Positions 27,273 to 40,470 of a stretch of 64,000 bases of DNA are shown here, one piece after another. The position numbers were made by a program, and so were the translations under genes. Position 1 is the stretch's first letter. Every line of letters begins with the position of its first letter. The notes below the pieces were generated by a model. The model was not told where the DNA came from, ran no database searches, and saw nothing but the letters and a program-made list of their open reading frames with translations. Origin of the DNA: Octopus vulgaris (Eukaryota); the NCBI GenBank assembly GCA_951406725.2, contig OX597826.1, positions 18,538,001-18,602,000 on the forward strand. The letters are read 5' to 3'.

Positions 27273-27894
27273 TATACATACATTTTACATAAACACATAC
27301 ACACACATGCACACACACAAACAGGCAGGAATAGTAAATGTTCAGGCATGGCCATGTGATTCACAAACATAATCCCCAGCTGCATGGATTCAGTTCAGCC
27401 CCACATCAAGAAAGTATCCTCCACTAGAGCCTGAGACCTGTGAGTCAGTCAGTTTGTGTGTGTGTGTGTGTGTGTGTGTCAGTGTGCATACATATGTGCA
27501 TGTACTTGCTTGCGTGCCTGTATATTCATTTACATATAGGCATCTAAGAAATGACATGCTGCAAAGTGATAACATTGTTCTCATTCTTCCTGTTAACAAA
27601 TTGTCAGCTGACTTTGCAATTTTGAAGACATGTGAAATGAGAAACACCTGATTGAACACAGCAAAGAGATGGCACCGGAAAGGGCATCTTGCTACATTAC
27701 TCACATGTTCTCTGCATTCACATCCGCTGAGTATAATTCAAGCAGTAAGAAATTAAAAGAAAAAAATCACCAACAGGGGTGGGATTACATGCTTTTGTTT
27801 ATAACTCAGTACACCCAAAAGAGATTTTATTTCAGAAGAAAAACACAGTAACTTCATCAGTCTTAGTACATTATGTATGACACATAGAGAGCAC

Positions 27895-27929
<35 letters not shown>

Positions 27930-28234
27930 AAATTTCAACTATATATTGTACACTCATGTAGTCATACCAGTTTTTCACTGGACTCTTCCATTAATGAAAT
28001 TCACTTCAAAACACCACAATATTTGAACATTTTTGAACTTTCAGTTTGTCTGCTAAATCCACAAGTTTTTTTTAATTCTCTCTCTGTTTATTTCCTCGTC
28101 TTCCTTTCTGTTGAAAAGCATAGGCTGAAAACGTAAAAAAGTTTCTCACTTTCCCAAGCGTCAAACTAATAAACCTGCTTGTTGTTTATAACCTGTCTTT
28201 GTCTTTTTGTTTTTCTGTAAATTTCAACTGTATA
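27930..28234 (+). repeat. ~290-bp unit bounded by 16-bp direct repeats with a degenerate hammerhead-like motif (PLE pLTR or retrozyme-like)
   Basis: aaatttcaactatata (27930-27945) and aaatttcaactgtata (28219-28234); TTGAAA-AGC-atag-GCT-GAAAAC-GTA at 28111-28135. Confidence 0.5.
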
Positions 28235-28359
28235 TGTATATATATATATACATATATATAGATATACATACATACATGTGTGTGTGTGTGTAAACACTGA
28301 TATGAGGCCCTGCTTGCTAAGTCAACTTATTATCAAATAAAGCCCAATATTCTTCTAGC

Positions 28360-28957
28360 CATTGAACATCATCTATTTTGAACCAAATCCATTGCCTAGC
28401 CTTTTCCACAGTAGTTTGGATATCAGTCAAGGTGGTATCTACTTTATGATGAGTTAGGCCTAACGATAACAACAGTCATCTCACACTGTGTCCAACAAAC
28501 CCTCTATATCCAACATCTATTGGAAAATGCTCCACTTTCCAGCCTGCGTCTTCACATTCTTCAAAGAGGTTTACATAACAGTCAATCTTTCGACCCTGAG
28601 CGGTGTCCATGTTATCTTCATGAGGAACTGTTAACTCGACTAGATTCACAACCTTCTTTCTTTCACACCAAATTAAAATGTCCAGTTTATTTGTAACTGG
28701 GATGGGAAAGAGTACCTGGCACCCTGGTAAGTCTGTACTCACCTCCCAATAGCTGTTCCACTTTTCATCGCTCAAAAGAAATTTGTTGTTCTTGAAACAG
28801 ATCCAGTCCTGAGTGCATGAAGGTAATGAAATCTCTAGCTTGTACTTTCAACAGTCTTTCACTGTTGTTGAGATCAATTTGGTTTTTTTTTATAGCACTG
28901 AAGATAACCTTAAGTCTCAGGTTGTGTCTCCGTGTATACCTGCTCAATGCTAGTGAA
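28360..28957 (-). pseudogene. Hero-clade (R2 group) non-LTR retrotransposon, restriction-like endonuclease remnant
   Basis: CSLALSRYTRRHN..LDILIWCERKKVVNLVELTVPHEDN..RKIDCY..CEDAGW..PIDVGYRGFVG..VEKARQWIW matches Hero RYxWRHN, PDIxxW, ELTVPWE, EVGxRGF and AExxSxWIW. Confidence 0.85.
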
Positions 28958-29762
28958 CAGCTTTCCATGCTAGCATAGGTTGGACGATTTGACTGAGGAC
29001 TGGTGAACCTGATGGCTGCATCAGGCTCCAGTCTTGATCTGGCAGAGTTTCTACAGCTGGATGCCCTTCCTAATGCCAACCACTCTGAGAGTGTAGTGGG
29101 TGCTTTTACGTGCCACCGGTACAAGGGCCAATCAGGCGGTACTGGCAACAGCTACGAAAAAATTGTGTTTTTTTTTTACGTATCACCTGCACACTGGCAC
29201 AAGTGCCAGTAAGATGACACTGGAAACGATCACACTCGAATGGTGCTTTTTACGTGCCACCGACATGAACGCCAGTTAGCCGCTCTGGCAACGATCACAC
29301 TCAGATGGTGCTCTTAGTGCCCCACTAGCATGGATGCCAGTCATCGAATTTGATTTCGATTTCACTTGCTTCAACAGATCTTCGCAAGCAGTGTCCAATG
29401 AAAGGAAGGTATGCATAAGTGGGCTGGTTACACCCCTGGAATAGGCCACAAGGTTATGGTCTCACTTGGCTTGCCGGGTCTTCTCAAGGACAGCATATTT
29501 CCAAAGGTCTTGGTCACTAGTCATTGCCTCGGTGAGGCCTAATGTTCGAAGGTCGTGCTTCACCACTTTATCCCAGGTCTTCCTGGGTCTACCTCTTCCA
29601 CAGGTTCCCTCAACTGCTAGAGTGTGGTACTTTTTCACACAGCTATCCTCATCCATTCTCACCACAGGACCATACCAGAGCAGTGCACACCACATCTGAT
29701 GCTTCTTAGTTCCAACTTTTCTCTCAAGGTACTTACACTCTGTCGAGTATGCACACTGATAT
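28958..29762 (-). mobile_element. RTE family 1, 5'-truncated
   Basis: ORF 29462-29695 WYGPVVRMDEDSCVKKYHTLAVEGTCGRGRPRKTW..EKTRQAK* plus tandem-unit 3' UTR. Confidence 0.92.
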
Positions 29763-29866
29763 TATATATATATATATATATAACAAAGTGGAGTTGTATG
29801 GTACCGCACGAGTGGCATTATATATGAAAGACGGTTTGAAAATCCAATTAAGTAAATAAACATCTT

Positions 29867-30093
29867 TTAACCCTTTAGTGTTCAGATTATTCTATCAAAC
29901 ATAATGCTTATTGATTCACATTGATTTGAATTAATCATGAATTATCACATATTTTCAAGATCTTGATGGTGTAATTACTTAATGTAGAATAACATTGTAG
30001 GGTAGATGTGAGGGCCTGGATCTGGTCAGTTTGAACATAAAACAAATTAAATATTTTGGCCGGTTATGGCCAGTTTAAATACTAAAGGGTTAA
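29867..30093. mobile_element. piggyBac-type MITE family 1 with TTAA TSD
   Basis: TTAA-CCCTTTAGTGTT..AAATACTAAAGGG-TTAA; second copy at 45726-45954. Confidence 0.9.
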
Positions 30094-30116
30094 AATTGCA
30101 TTTTCAAACCTTCTTT

Positions 30117-30409
30117 CATATATATATATATATATATATATGCGCATATATATGTATATGTGCATATATATACATATGCATATATATATATACATATGCA
30201 TATATATATATACATATGCATATATATATATACATATATTATATATATACATATGTATATATGCATATATATACACATATATATATGCATATATTATATA
30301 TATACATATGTATATATGCATATATATATACACATATATATATGCATATATATATGCATATATTATATATATACATATGTATATATGCATATATATACAC
30401 ATATATATA

Positions 30410-30452
<43 letters not shown>
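30117..30452. repeat. TA/TGCA compound microsatellite with a ~55-70 bp higher-order repeat
   Basis: The unit atattatatatatacatatgtatatatgcatatatat.. recurs three times. Confidence 0.9.
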
Positions 30453-30454
<2 letters not shown>

Positions 30455-30460
30455 CTTTTC

Positions 30461-30707
30461 TTTTAAGGATTAAATAAAAAGACACCAAACGGAAAATATG
30501 ACATACCAGTATATATATATAGTTTTAAAAAAACGTGTGGTAAATAAACAAAACAAGTATATACTAAATACTCAAGTGATCCTGTGTATTCTGTTCACCT
30601 GTGTATTTAGTACGTTTGTTTATTTACACGTTTTTGTTTTTTAATTAAATATATGTAGATATGTCATATTTTCCATTTGTTGTCTTCTTTTTATTTAATC
30701 ATGAAAA
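30461..30707. repeat. Imperfect ~245-bp fold-back palindrome
   Basis: 30468-30505 pairs with 30660-30700; 30529-30579 pairs with 30595-30636. Confidence 0.85.
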
Positions 30708-31346
30708 TAGTATTTATGTAACCCTTGCAGACCTTACTTTTTTACGCATATTTACACATATATATATATATATATACACATATACATATATATAGAGAGA
30801 GGGAAAGTGTTTTTGTATAGATGTTGTATATTTAGAATAATAAGGTATATTAAATATATGAATATATGAATATGTATGAATACATCATCGTTATCATTTA
30901 ACATCCATGTTTTTTATGGTTAGATGCTGTACAGCAATGGCTAGGTGCCACCTGCACTACTAAAATCACTATGCAGTCTGCGTACATATATATATATCTG
31001 GGGTAGGTGAGGTAGTCAGCTTAGTACAAGAGAATGAAGGGATTACTTGGAGGGGGGAGGTGATAGCAGAGCAAGTTCATGCAGAGGGACCTGCATCAAT
31101 ATTCATATCTACTAGGGGAAAATTGGGAGACTATGGCTATGATAGAGGGGGGGGCATGATTTTTAAGGATTTTAGTTGAAGAAATTAACCACAGTACTTT
31201 TGCGTTTTTCTTTTTTTAGAATCTAGTACTTATTTTATCAGTCCTTTTGCTGAAGCACTAAGTTACAGGGATGTAAGCAAACCAATACTAGCTGTCAGAT
31301 GCTGGGGTAGGAGGTGACTAACAGACACAAATACACACACATTGAC

Positions 31347-31394
<48 letters not shown>

Positions 31395-31402
<8 letters not shown>

Positions 31403-31529
31403 AGTGAATTGAAGAAATGGAGTTGAACGAAGATTGAACAGAAATCGTTTTATTTCATTCTACACGTGAAATAAAACGATTTCTGTTCAATCTTCGTTCA
31501 ACTCCATTTCTTCAATTCACTAATAATAT
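31395..31529. repeat. Perfect 63-bp inverted repeat with a 9-nt loop
   Basis: 31395-31457 is the exact reverse complement of 31467-31529; flanked by (TA)n. Confidence 0.95.
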
Positions 31530-31678
31530 TAAAATTCAATTATCCGCACCAACGCACGGTTGCAACACCATATGGTTGTACCTCCAACCGTGCTGTCTTC
31601 TGCTGTGATTTTTGCTACCAAGGTATCGCTTAAACTTTTGATTAATCTGCAACAAGATTATTCATCTTTCTATTTCAC

Positions 31679-31729
<51 letters not shown>

Positions 31730-31733
<4 letters not shown>

Positions 31734-32348
31734 TCATCATCATCATCATCACCATCATCATTTAACGTCCGCTTTCCATGCTAGCATGGGTTGGACGGTT
31801 CAACTGGGGTCTGGGGAGCCCGAAAGCTGCACCAGTCCAGTCAGATCTGGCAGTGTTTCTACAGCTGGATGCCCTTCCTAACGCCAACCACTCCGAGAGT
31901 GTAGTGGGTGATTTTATGTGCCACCGACACAGGTGCCAGACGAGGCTGGCAAACGGCCACGCTCGGATGGTGTTTTTTATGTGCCACCGACACAGGTGCC
32001 AGACGAGGCTGGCAGACGGCCACGCTCGGATGGTGTTTTTATGTGCCACCGACACAGGTGCCAGATGAGGCTGGCAAACGGCCACGATCGGATGGTGTTT
32101 GTTACGTGCCCACAGCACGGAGGCCAGTCGATGCGGTACTGGCTACGGCCACGTTCGGATGGTTTTCTTGTGTGCCATGTGCCACCGGCACTGGTACCAC
32201 AAAGATACAAATTCCATTGATGTTCATCTATTTTGATTTGTTTTGATTTGATTTGATTTTCACTTGCCTCAACAGGTCTTCACAAGTGTCACAAGAAGGA
32301 AGGTATGCACAGGTGGACTGACTACGTCCCAGGTAGGGGCCACAGGTT
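31730..32348 (-). mobile_element. RTE family 1 3' UTR with near-identical ~61-bp tandem units
   Basis: tgtgccaccgacacaggtgccagacgaggctggcaaacggccacgctcggatggtgttttt repeated three times plus diverged units. Confidence 0.92.
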
Positions 32349-32724
32349 AATACATACATACATACATATATATATATATACATACATACATACATACATA
32401 CATACATACATACATACATACATGTATTTGCAAATGCTTGTATACAAGGGGCTACCAAATTCTCTCGGGAGAGAGAATCGGGAGACAAAAAGGAAAGGGG
32501 TGAATGTCATGAAAGCAGTGAGATAAAGGAGAGGTTGGAGGGAAAAGAATAGCATTGAGGTGGGGTGGGGAAGAGGATGGAAACAAGGAAAACATACTGG
32601 ACAGAAAGGGGGAAGGGGAGGCAGGGGGAAAAGCAGCAGGCTTAATCACACAGCTATTATCTATCTATCTGTGTATGTGTGTGTGTGTGTGTGTTATAAA
32701 TATATATAAATAGATAATATTATG

Positions 32725-33780
32725 TGAAAGTTATTAACAAGAAAATTAGAAAGCAGCTCACAATGTACAGAAGTATGCATCTCCAATCAAATGTGGATCG
32801 GTTATACTGGAAAAGAGCAGGAAGAAAGGGTTAATGGGTATCAAAGAAGTATTCAAACTAGAAGACACGGTTGCCAGCCATTAAAATAAAGAAAAATTTC
32901 TTTTTAAATATCTTAAAAGGAAGAAATTTTCCTTGAAGATGTAATAAATGAAAGAGGACTATTTATAGAATTTGTAAAGCCCAAAAAGAGTGAAAAGAGA
33001 AATATATTGAAAAGTGAGCATCAACAATGAAAAAACAAAAGAAAACTTCATTCAGTGGTTTTCAAAAACACAAAAGAAATAAGGTATGACAATAACAGCT
33101 GGCAATAGTTTTAAAAAATAGTATTAAAGAAACCAAGGGAATTACTTTGGCAGCACAAGAACAGACCTAAAGGTAAAATGGATGAAGATCTTGATACAAG
33201 AGGACTGTTCACCCAATGCAAAATATGTAATGATTCAGATGAGACTCTAGCTCATATTTTATGAGGATGTTCACAGTTAGTAGAAAATTAATACAATAAT
33301 TAGAGGCATGCTAAGATTGCTACAATAAAAGACAAGAAATTTTGCAGGAAATTTAGTTTTGCATGCATATAAAAGTGCTTTGACTATTTTCTGAGAATAG
33401 AAAGAACGACCCTTAAAACAATTTGAGGTTTTTAGGGGATCTTCCAATTCAAACCAAAAGGAGAAAAGAGTACAACAGGCAAGATATCATAGAAGAAACT
33501 ATGTATTGTAATTGATATGGCATGCCCATTTGTTACTAGAATTAAAAAAAAAAAATAGAATGGAAAAAAAAGAATATTGTACCGATGGAGTAGAAGTCCT
33601 CAAACACTGGAACAAATAAATTAAGAAAGTCATGATCCTATCAGTTATCCTTATGACCTTCAGAACTGTAACAAAGAACTTTGAGAACAAACCTGGGAAA
33701 ACATGATCTTAATTTGGAAGTGAGTTCAATATAGAAAACATGTCTACTAGGGTCAGCAACAATTAACCAGAGTCTTCAGC
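32725..33780 (+). pseudogene. R4/Dong-clade non-LTR retrotransposon remnant (RT end, CCHC knuckle, RLE)
   Basis: INKKIRKQLTMYRSMHLQSNVDRLYWKR..GL; LAAQEQ; CKICNDSDETLAHIL*GC; RHAKIA; DLPIQT..YNRQDI; CIVIDMACP; many stops and frameshifts. Confidence 0.85.
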
Positions 33781-33934
33781 AGAAAATAATAACAGAAATG
33801 AAAATCAAAAGAAACTTTTATATAATCAAGAAACAAAGCATTCCTCATCCCATTCCTCACTGTGTGGTTCAACAGGAAGTATAACTAAACCAGGCACAAC
33901 ACCAATACCACAAGGCAATAGAGTAATAATGAGC

Positions 33935-34305
33935 TCTCATTTGGACACATGGTCATCAATTTTGCGGGAGGGAGTTAGTCAGTTATACCGACAACAGTAC
34001 TTGATGGGTACATTATTTGATTACCCTGTAAGGATGAAAATAGACCTCAGTGAGATCTAGACTCAGAATGTAAGAGTAAAAACAAAAACCACAAGATACT
34101 TTGTTCAGCACTCAGATGATTCTATCAGTCCACCACCCTCGACCATAACAATAATCATCATCATCATTTAATGCCCATCATCCATGTTAGCATGGGTTGG
34201 ACAGTTTGACCAGGGCTGGCAAGCTGAGGGGCTGCACCAAACCCCAGTCTGATTTGGCATGGTTTCTATGAGTGGATGCTCTTCCTCATGCCAACCACTC
34301 GGAGT
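33935..34305 (-). mobile_element. Degenerate SINE family B (33935-34140) followed by an RTE 3' end (34155-34305)
   Basis: Similarity to the other copies in the window. Confidence 0.75.
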
Positions 34306-34849
34306 AGTGTGATGTGATGATAAATATTTTCACTTAATTCTTAATTCTGTGGCATTAAATAGATGGGGTATGATTATTTGTCTGATTAAAACCCTCATTA
34401 CTTAGTAATCAGAAATCACATGGCCATCAAGTTCTATTAACTATTATGGCGAAGTAAACTGAGGTATGACAATGAAATCCTGAATTGGTTGTCCAATTCT
34501 CTTATCTATTAGACTTCTACATATTAAACAAAAACATAACTAAGCAAAGAGTGAAATCAACTAACACTAAATAGATTTCCTTTAATAAACAAACTTATAA
34601 TGTTTCTACAAAATGCTGGTGGAGGAGGAGTGAAACAGAAAATTTTTAAGTGGCTATATATAAAGAGATGAAATTTCTGATCACACTACAGCAAAACTGT
34701 AAAAAAATATTGGATATGTGAATTGTATTCTCACAATTGTTATTGGAACAGACAGGAAGAGATAAGGCATGAACATGAATTAGATATGTTCTAAGAGTAT
34801 TGTGACTTAAGGAAAATTGGCCAAAGACTGAAGCTACTATGAACAACGG

Positions 34850-35045
34850 GTGGCATAGCATTGTTAATCAAGGTCAACAGCATCAAGCTAAATGCCTTGT
34901 GGTATTTGTTCTAGCTCTCTATATTCCAAGTTCAAATCCTGCAACAGTCATTGTTGCCTTTCATACCTTCAGGTTTGAAGAAATAAAATACCAGTTATAT
35001 ACTGAGTTCAATGAATCCCTTCAAAATTGCTGGTCTTGGGCCCTA
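34850..35045 (+). mobile_element. SINE family B, degenerate
   Basis: ccaagttcaaatcctgc..ttgcctttcataccttcagg..aaataaaataccag. Confidence 0.7.
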
Positions 35046-35996
35046 ATTAGCTGAGCAATTAGGCTGACAGCAATATCAACAGATATGCATGAAATACTGC
35101 AAGAACAAATATTTATCAATGAGTTAACAAAAATGTTTGGTTAGTAATTCAAACATATCATTTGAAAAAGGAAACTCAGACAGCTATCGTTTCGTAAGAT
35201 AGATGAGAAGAGTCAAAGATTTAGTAGAGATGGAAGCTATGTGTACATAGGATGAAACATTAGGAAACCATGTGTTTATTTTCTCTGGATCATTAAGTTA
35301 TTTCAGATATAGCCATACAGTATCATAACATCACTACTATTCTGGGATTCCAGAGGAAAAGCATTCATTAAAATAATCAAGAAAGAAGCTGCAAGCACAA
35401 GCAAACATTTCTAAAGTATACAATAGTGACAAAAAAAAAAAAAAAAGAAAAAAAATTAGAGATTCGTTGTATTTTGTTTATGGTGAAGAGATTGTTGGAT
35501 CTAAATATTTTCATGACCCATAAAATGCTTCAGAGCAAAAATCACATGATCCAACAAAGTTCAAATGGAACAATGACAGAAACAACTTCATTTTGTTATC
35601 ATTCAGTGGAAGGCGGTCTTACAGTAAATCTTTAACGATACTCTTCATTAATCATCTAAATATTATGCATACAGAAAATGTCTGCATTGGTGGAGGTAAT
35701 CTCTTTTAAATAGCATTTAAGACAAACACAATTTTCCATCAATGGGTTTTCTTAGACATTAAAAAGTGAAATACAGAGAATGGTTGCAATGGATAAGTTG
35801 ACGTGAGAGGCCTGTAAATACTGAGGAGATGAATGGAACTGAGGTTTAGCTTAAGCTTCTGTAAGACATACTTAAAGAGAAGTCCAACTGGAAATAGTAG
35901 CTAAATATTCCTTATTCTACCATCTTAAAAAAAAAAAGAAATTAAGGCACACTTTGTGCAAAAAAAAATGATGTGTTGGTGATGACTGGAACTCCC

Positions 35997-36215
35997 TTAT
36001 CCCTTTTGATACCAACCCCTTAGATCAGCCTTGGTTCTATGATATAAATTTCCTATTTTACAGTGATCTACTTGAAACCTTCCCTCAAAATTTCATGTTA
36101 ATTGATGTTCCACACACCATCTTATGATGACAAAATTACTAGATTCTTGATTACTTTCAAAATTAATTGAAACAAAAGCACAGTATCAAAACAAATATGG
36201 TAACGAAAGGCTTAA
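35997..36215. mobile_element. TTAA-type MITE family 2, second copy
   Basis: Colinear with 25238-25466; ends ggtaacgaaaggcTTAA. Confidence 0.72.
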
Positions 36216-36499
36216 GTCTGTTCAATTAGAGCTGACCTTCCATTAAACTGAAATTGTGGGAAGGAGTAACTGTAAGTGTGAAGTAAATTTTGGATGCAAA
36301 TACATCAAATAGGACAAACCGGAACCATTATCCAGCTAGCTATTTCAAAGGGACAGAAACTTTTACAGTAGTAGCAGAAATTTGGGGAAAAAAAAAGAAA
36401 CGACATGTTTGTGAGCCAGTGGTTGTAGCATAGTGGTAAATGAGACTCTGCCAACAAACCAAATACCCTTTTATGGAAGATTGTCAAGAATGCTTATGT

Positions 36500-36800
36500 G
36501 TCTTGACCCAAGAGTTAAGAAAGATTCAGTCATTTGTTGGCTTCCTGGGGGACAATCTCATCACTGTTGCAGGTGAGACTGTCAAAGTTGTTGACAGCTT
36601 CACTTTTCTTGACAATGTTATCTATAGCAGCATTAGTTTAAGTTCAAAGTCTTCAAAAGACTTGGGCATGCTGGTGTACTTGTGGACTCACTGGACAAGG
36701 GTGTTGAGCATTCCCGATATCTGAGCAGGAGGACAAAAGTTTGGGTCTTCAGGTCTCTAGTCCTCTCTGTCTTGCTCTACAGTTGCAAGACCTGGATGCA
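36500..36800 (+). pseudogene. RTE LINE fragment (different family)
   Basis: KIQSF..ITVAGETVKVVDSFTFLDNVI..YLSRRTKVWVFRSLVLSVLLYSCKTW. Confidence 0.8.
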
Positions 36801-36849
36801 GTTCTGCAACCATTGGATGAATTTGATCAGGTAAAATGCTTAAATAGTC

Positions 36850-37289
36850 TTGACTATTAATTCTGTCATAAAGTGGATTTCCGAGATATAGCCTCTCCAG
36901 ATCATCACAGATCTTCTATGTTTAACAGTTGGAAGAAGGCAGTCTGGGTCAAATGCTACTTTTGGCTGTCTCCACACATATACTCAGCTGGTGGTTGGAA
37001 ATAGGGTAAGTGATGACTCAGCCGAGAAAATAACATTCTTCCACTGCCCTAGAGACCAATATATACTCCTTCAAATGCTTTGCAACATTTTTGAAAGTAG
37101 TGGATTTCTCATTGCAGCCATCCTATGAAATCCGGCTTTGGGCAGCACCCAGCGAACAGTTTTTGTGGAAACTGGGTTCTCAAGGTGGTCATTAAGATCT
37201 GCAGTAATTCTGGGAGCTGTACTTTCGTGATCCTTTCTAACAATTCACATAAGTGACTGACAGTCCTTATCTGAAAGTTTTGGTTTTCT
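36850..37289 (-). pseudogene. Tc1 transposase remnant (HTH and first catalytic motif)
   Basis: [82 protein letters not shown]. Confidence 0.9.
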
Positions 37290-37584
37290 TCATACATATA
37301 CATACATGCATATACATACATACATATATATACATACATATACATATATATACATATGTATACATATATACATATACATACATATATACATATACATACA
37401 TACATATATACATACACATATATATATATATATACATACATACATAAATATATACATATATACATATACATACATATATACATATACATACATAAATATA
37501 TACATATATACATACATACACATACATACATACACATATATATACATACATATACATACAATAAATTCAGGGTGAATACTTGAT

Positions 37585-37638
37585 ATAACAGATGGTTTAA
37601 AGCTCTGCAGCTGAAGAAAGCTTTAAACCATCTGTTAT
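37585..37638. repeat. 20-bp perfect inverted repeat centred on CTGAAGA/GAAAGCTT
   Basis: ataacagatggtttaaagct / agctttaaaccatctgttat. Confidence 0.9.
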
Positions 37639-37833
37639 GTTGATTACACATTGATGTAAGAATAGGTTGTTTTATAAAGCTTGAAACACGTGTACCGCGA
37701 CATCCTTTGTGTTCTGTTTTTTATTTCATTTGATATATATACATACATATATATATATACATATATATACATACACATACATAAACACATCTATACATAT
37801 GTATATATATATTTATACATACATATATATATA

Positions 37834-38070
37834 TGGTTGACGCACAATGGCCCAGTGGTTAAGGCAGTGAACTTGTGGTCGTAGAATCTTTGTTTCAATT
37901 ACCAGACCAGGCATTGTGAGTGTTCATTAAAGCTCCAGCAGGGGCTGGTGGTAAACCTTACTGTCCACTTTCACTAAAATTTTCTCTTACTCTTTCTTCC
38001 TGTTTCTTTTGCTCACTCTAGTGGAGTCCCACCAGAGTGGAGACAAGCGCTAAGATATGATTTATAAAAA
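37834..38070 (+). mobile_element. SINE family C with an alternative 3' module
   Basis: gcacaaTGGCCCAGTGGttaaggcagtgaacttgtggtcgtag..gtttcaattaccagaccaggcattgtgagtg shared with 1483-1768. Confidence 0.8.
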
Positions 38071-38137
38071 CATGACATATTAATAAATATCTGTAAATAT
38101 AAAACCATCATGATTTCTGAGTACCTCATTTCTTCTA

Positions 38138-38166
38138 ATATATATATATACACACACATACATATG

Positions 38167-38211
<45 letters not shown>

Positions 38212-38287
38212 ATATCTACATACATATGTATGCATATATATATATCTACTAAAATATGTATGCATATATATATATACATATCTACAA

Positions 38288-38320
<33 letters not shown>

Positions 38321-38568
38321 TAAATATATATATATCCATACATATATACATACCTACAAATATATATATATACATACATATATACATACCTACAAATATA
38401 TATATATATATATATACATACATATATACATACCTACAAATATATATATATATATACATACATATATACATACCCACAAATATATATATACTTTGATACT
38501 TTGATAGGTTTCGGCCATTATTGGCCCAGGCCATGTCTAACTTAATAGCACCACCTATATATATATAC

Positions 38569-38611
<43 letters not shown>

Positions 38612-38924
38612 TATATATATATACATATATATACATATATACATACATTTACATATATATACATACATTTACATATATATACATACATTTACATATATAT
38701 ATATATATACACACACATATACACATACATATATATACACATACATATATATATATACACACACACACACACATATATATACACACATATACACATATAT
38801 ATATATATACACACACGTATATATATATACACATGCATATATATACACATACATATATATACAGATACATATATATATACACATACATTATATATACACA
38901 TACATTATATATACACATACATTT

Positions 38925-38966
<42 letters not shown>

Positions 38967-40270
38967 AATAGCAAATGAGAAAAAGGAGAGGATATAAACT
39001 GGACAGACATCAGCCAGTAAACATTTGAGTATGTCTATTTATTCAACTGTAAAGGATGAATGCACTCACATGTACGAGAGTTATACAGATTAGCGAGAGG
39101 AAAAAGCTGGTAACTGCAGAGACAAGGGTGTGAATACATATAAATATACAGAAACAAATGAGCGACTGAGCAAACGAGGGAAAGAATACCAAAGGCTGTG
39201 CATGAACTGGTACATGTGTGTGCATTCATCCTTCACAATTGAACAAGGAAACATACTTGAATGTTTATTGGCAGATGGCTGTTGATTTTATATCCTCTCC
39301 TGTCTTCTTATTTGCCATATAAATCATGGGTAAATCACTTTTACCCCTGCCCAGATATAATACTCAACTGCAAGATTCACATGCAATAACTACCACTTGA
39401 CTATGAATAAATGGGTACAATACCAGCAGTATATTGGATAGGTACTATCCCTTGGTTTCTCAACCTCTAACTCACACAATATATACATATACACACACAT
39501 AAATATATATACATATATATACATACATATATATACATATATACATACATGTATATGTACATATATACATATATGTATATATATACATACACATACGTAT
39601 ATGTATATATATACATACACATACGTATATGTATATATATATACACATACATATATATACATATATACATACACTTATATCATCATCATCATCATCATAT
39701 ATATATACTTATATACATACACATATATATATATATACTTATATACATAGACATATATATATATACATATATACACACATATATATACATATATACACAC
39801 ACATATATATACATACACACATATATATATACATATATACATACACACATATATATATACATATATACATACACATATATATATACATGCATACATACAC
39901 ACACATATATATATACATATATACATACACATATATATATACATACACATATATATATATACATGCATACATACACACACATATATACATATATACATAT
40001 ATACATATACATACACATATATATACATATATACATACACATATATACATACATATATACATACACATATATATACATATATACATACACATATATACAT
40101 ACATATATACATAACATATATATATACATATATATACATATATATACATATATATATATACACATATATACATAACATATATATATACATATATATACAT
40201 ATATATACATATATATATATATACACATATATATATATACATATTCATATATATATATATACATATATAC

Positions 40271-40319
<49 letters not shown>

Positions 40320-40386
40320 CATACATATATATATACATATATATACATATACATATATATATACATATATATACACATATATATAC

Positions 40387-40423
<37 letters not shown>

Positions 40424-40470
40424 CATACATATTTATATATACACATATATTTATACACACACACACACTT

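Noticed and set aside
31915-32200. CRISPR-like regularly spaced repeats (also at 2380-2730)
   Set aside because: The units are head-to-tail with no unique spacers, lie in an RTE 3' UTR, and there are no cas genes; the DNA is eukaryotic.
872-40426. Dozens of long ORFs rich in Y/I/M/C/V/H/T (up to 327 aa)
   Set aside because: These are translations of TA/CA/TACA microsatellites, which lack stop codons in most frames; they are not genes.
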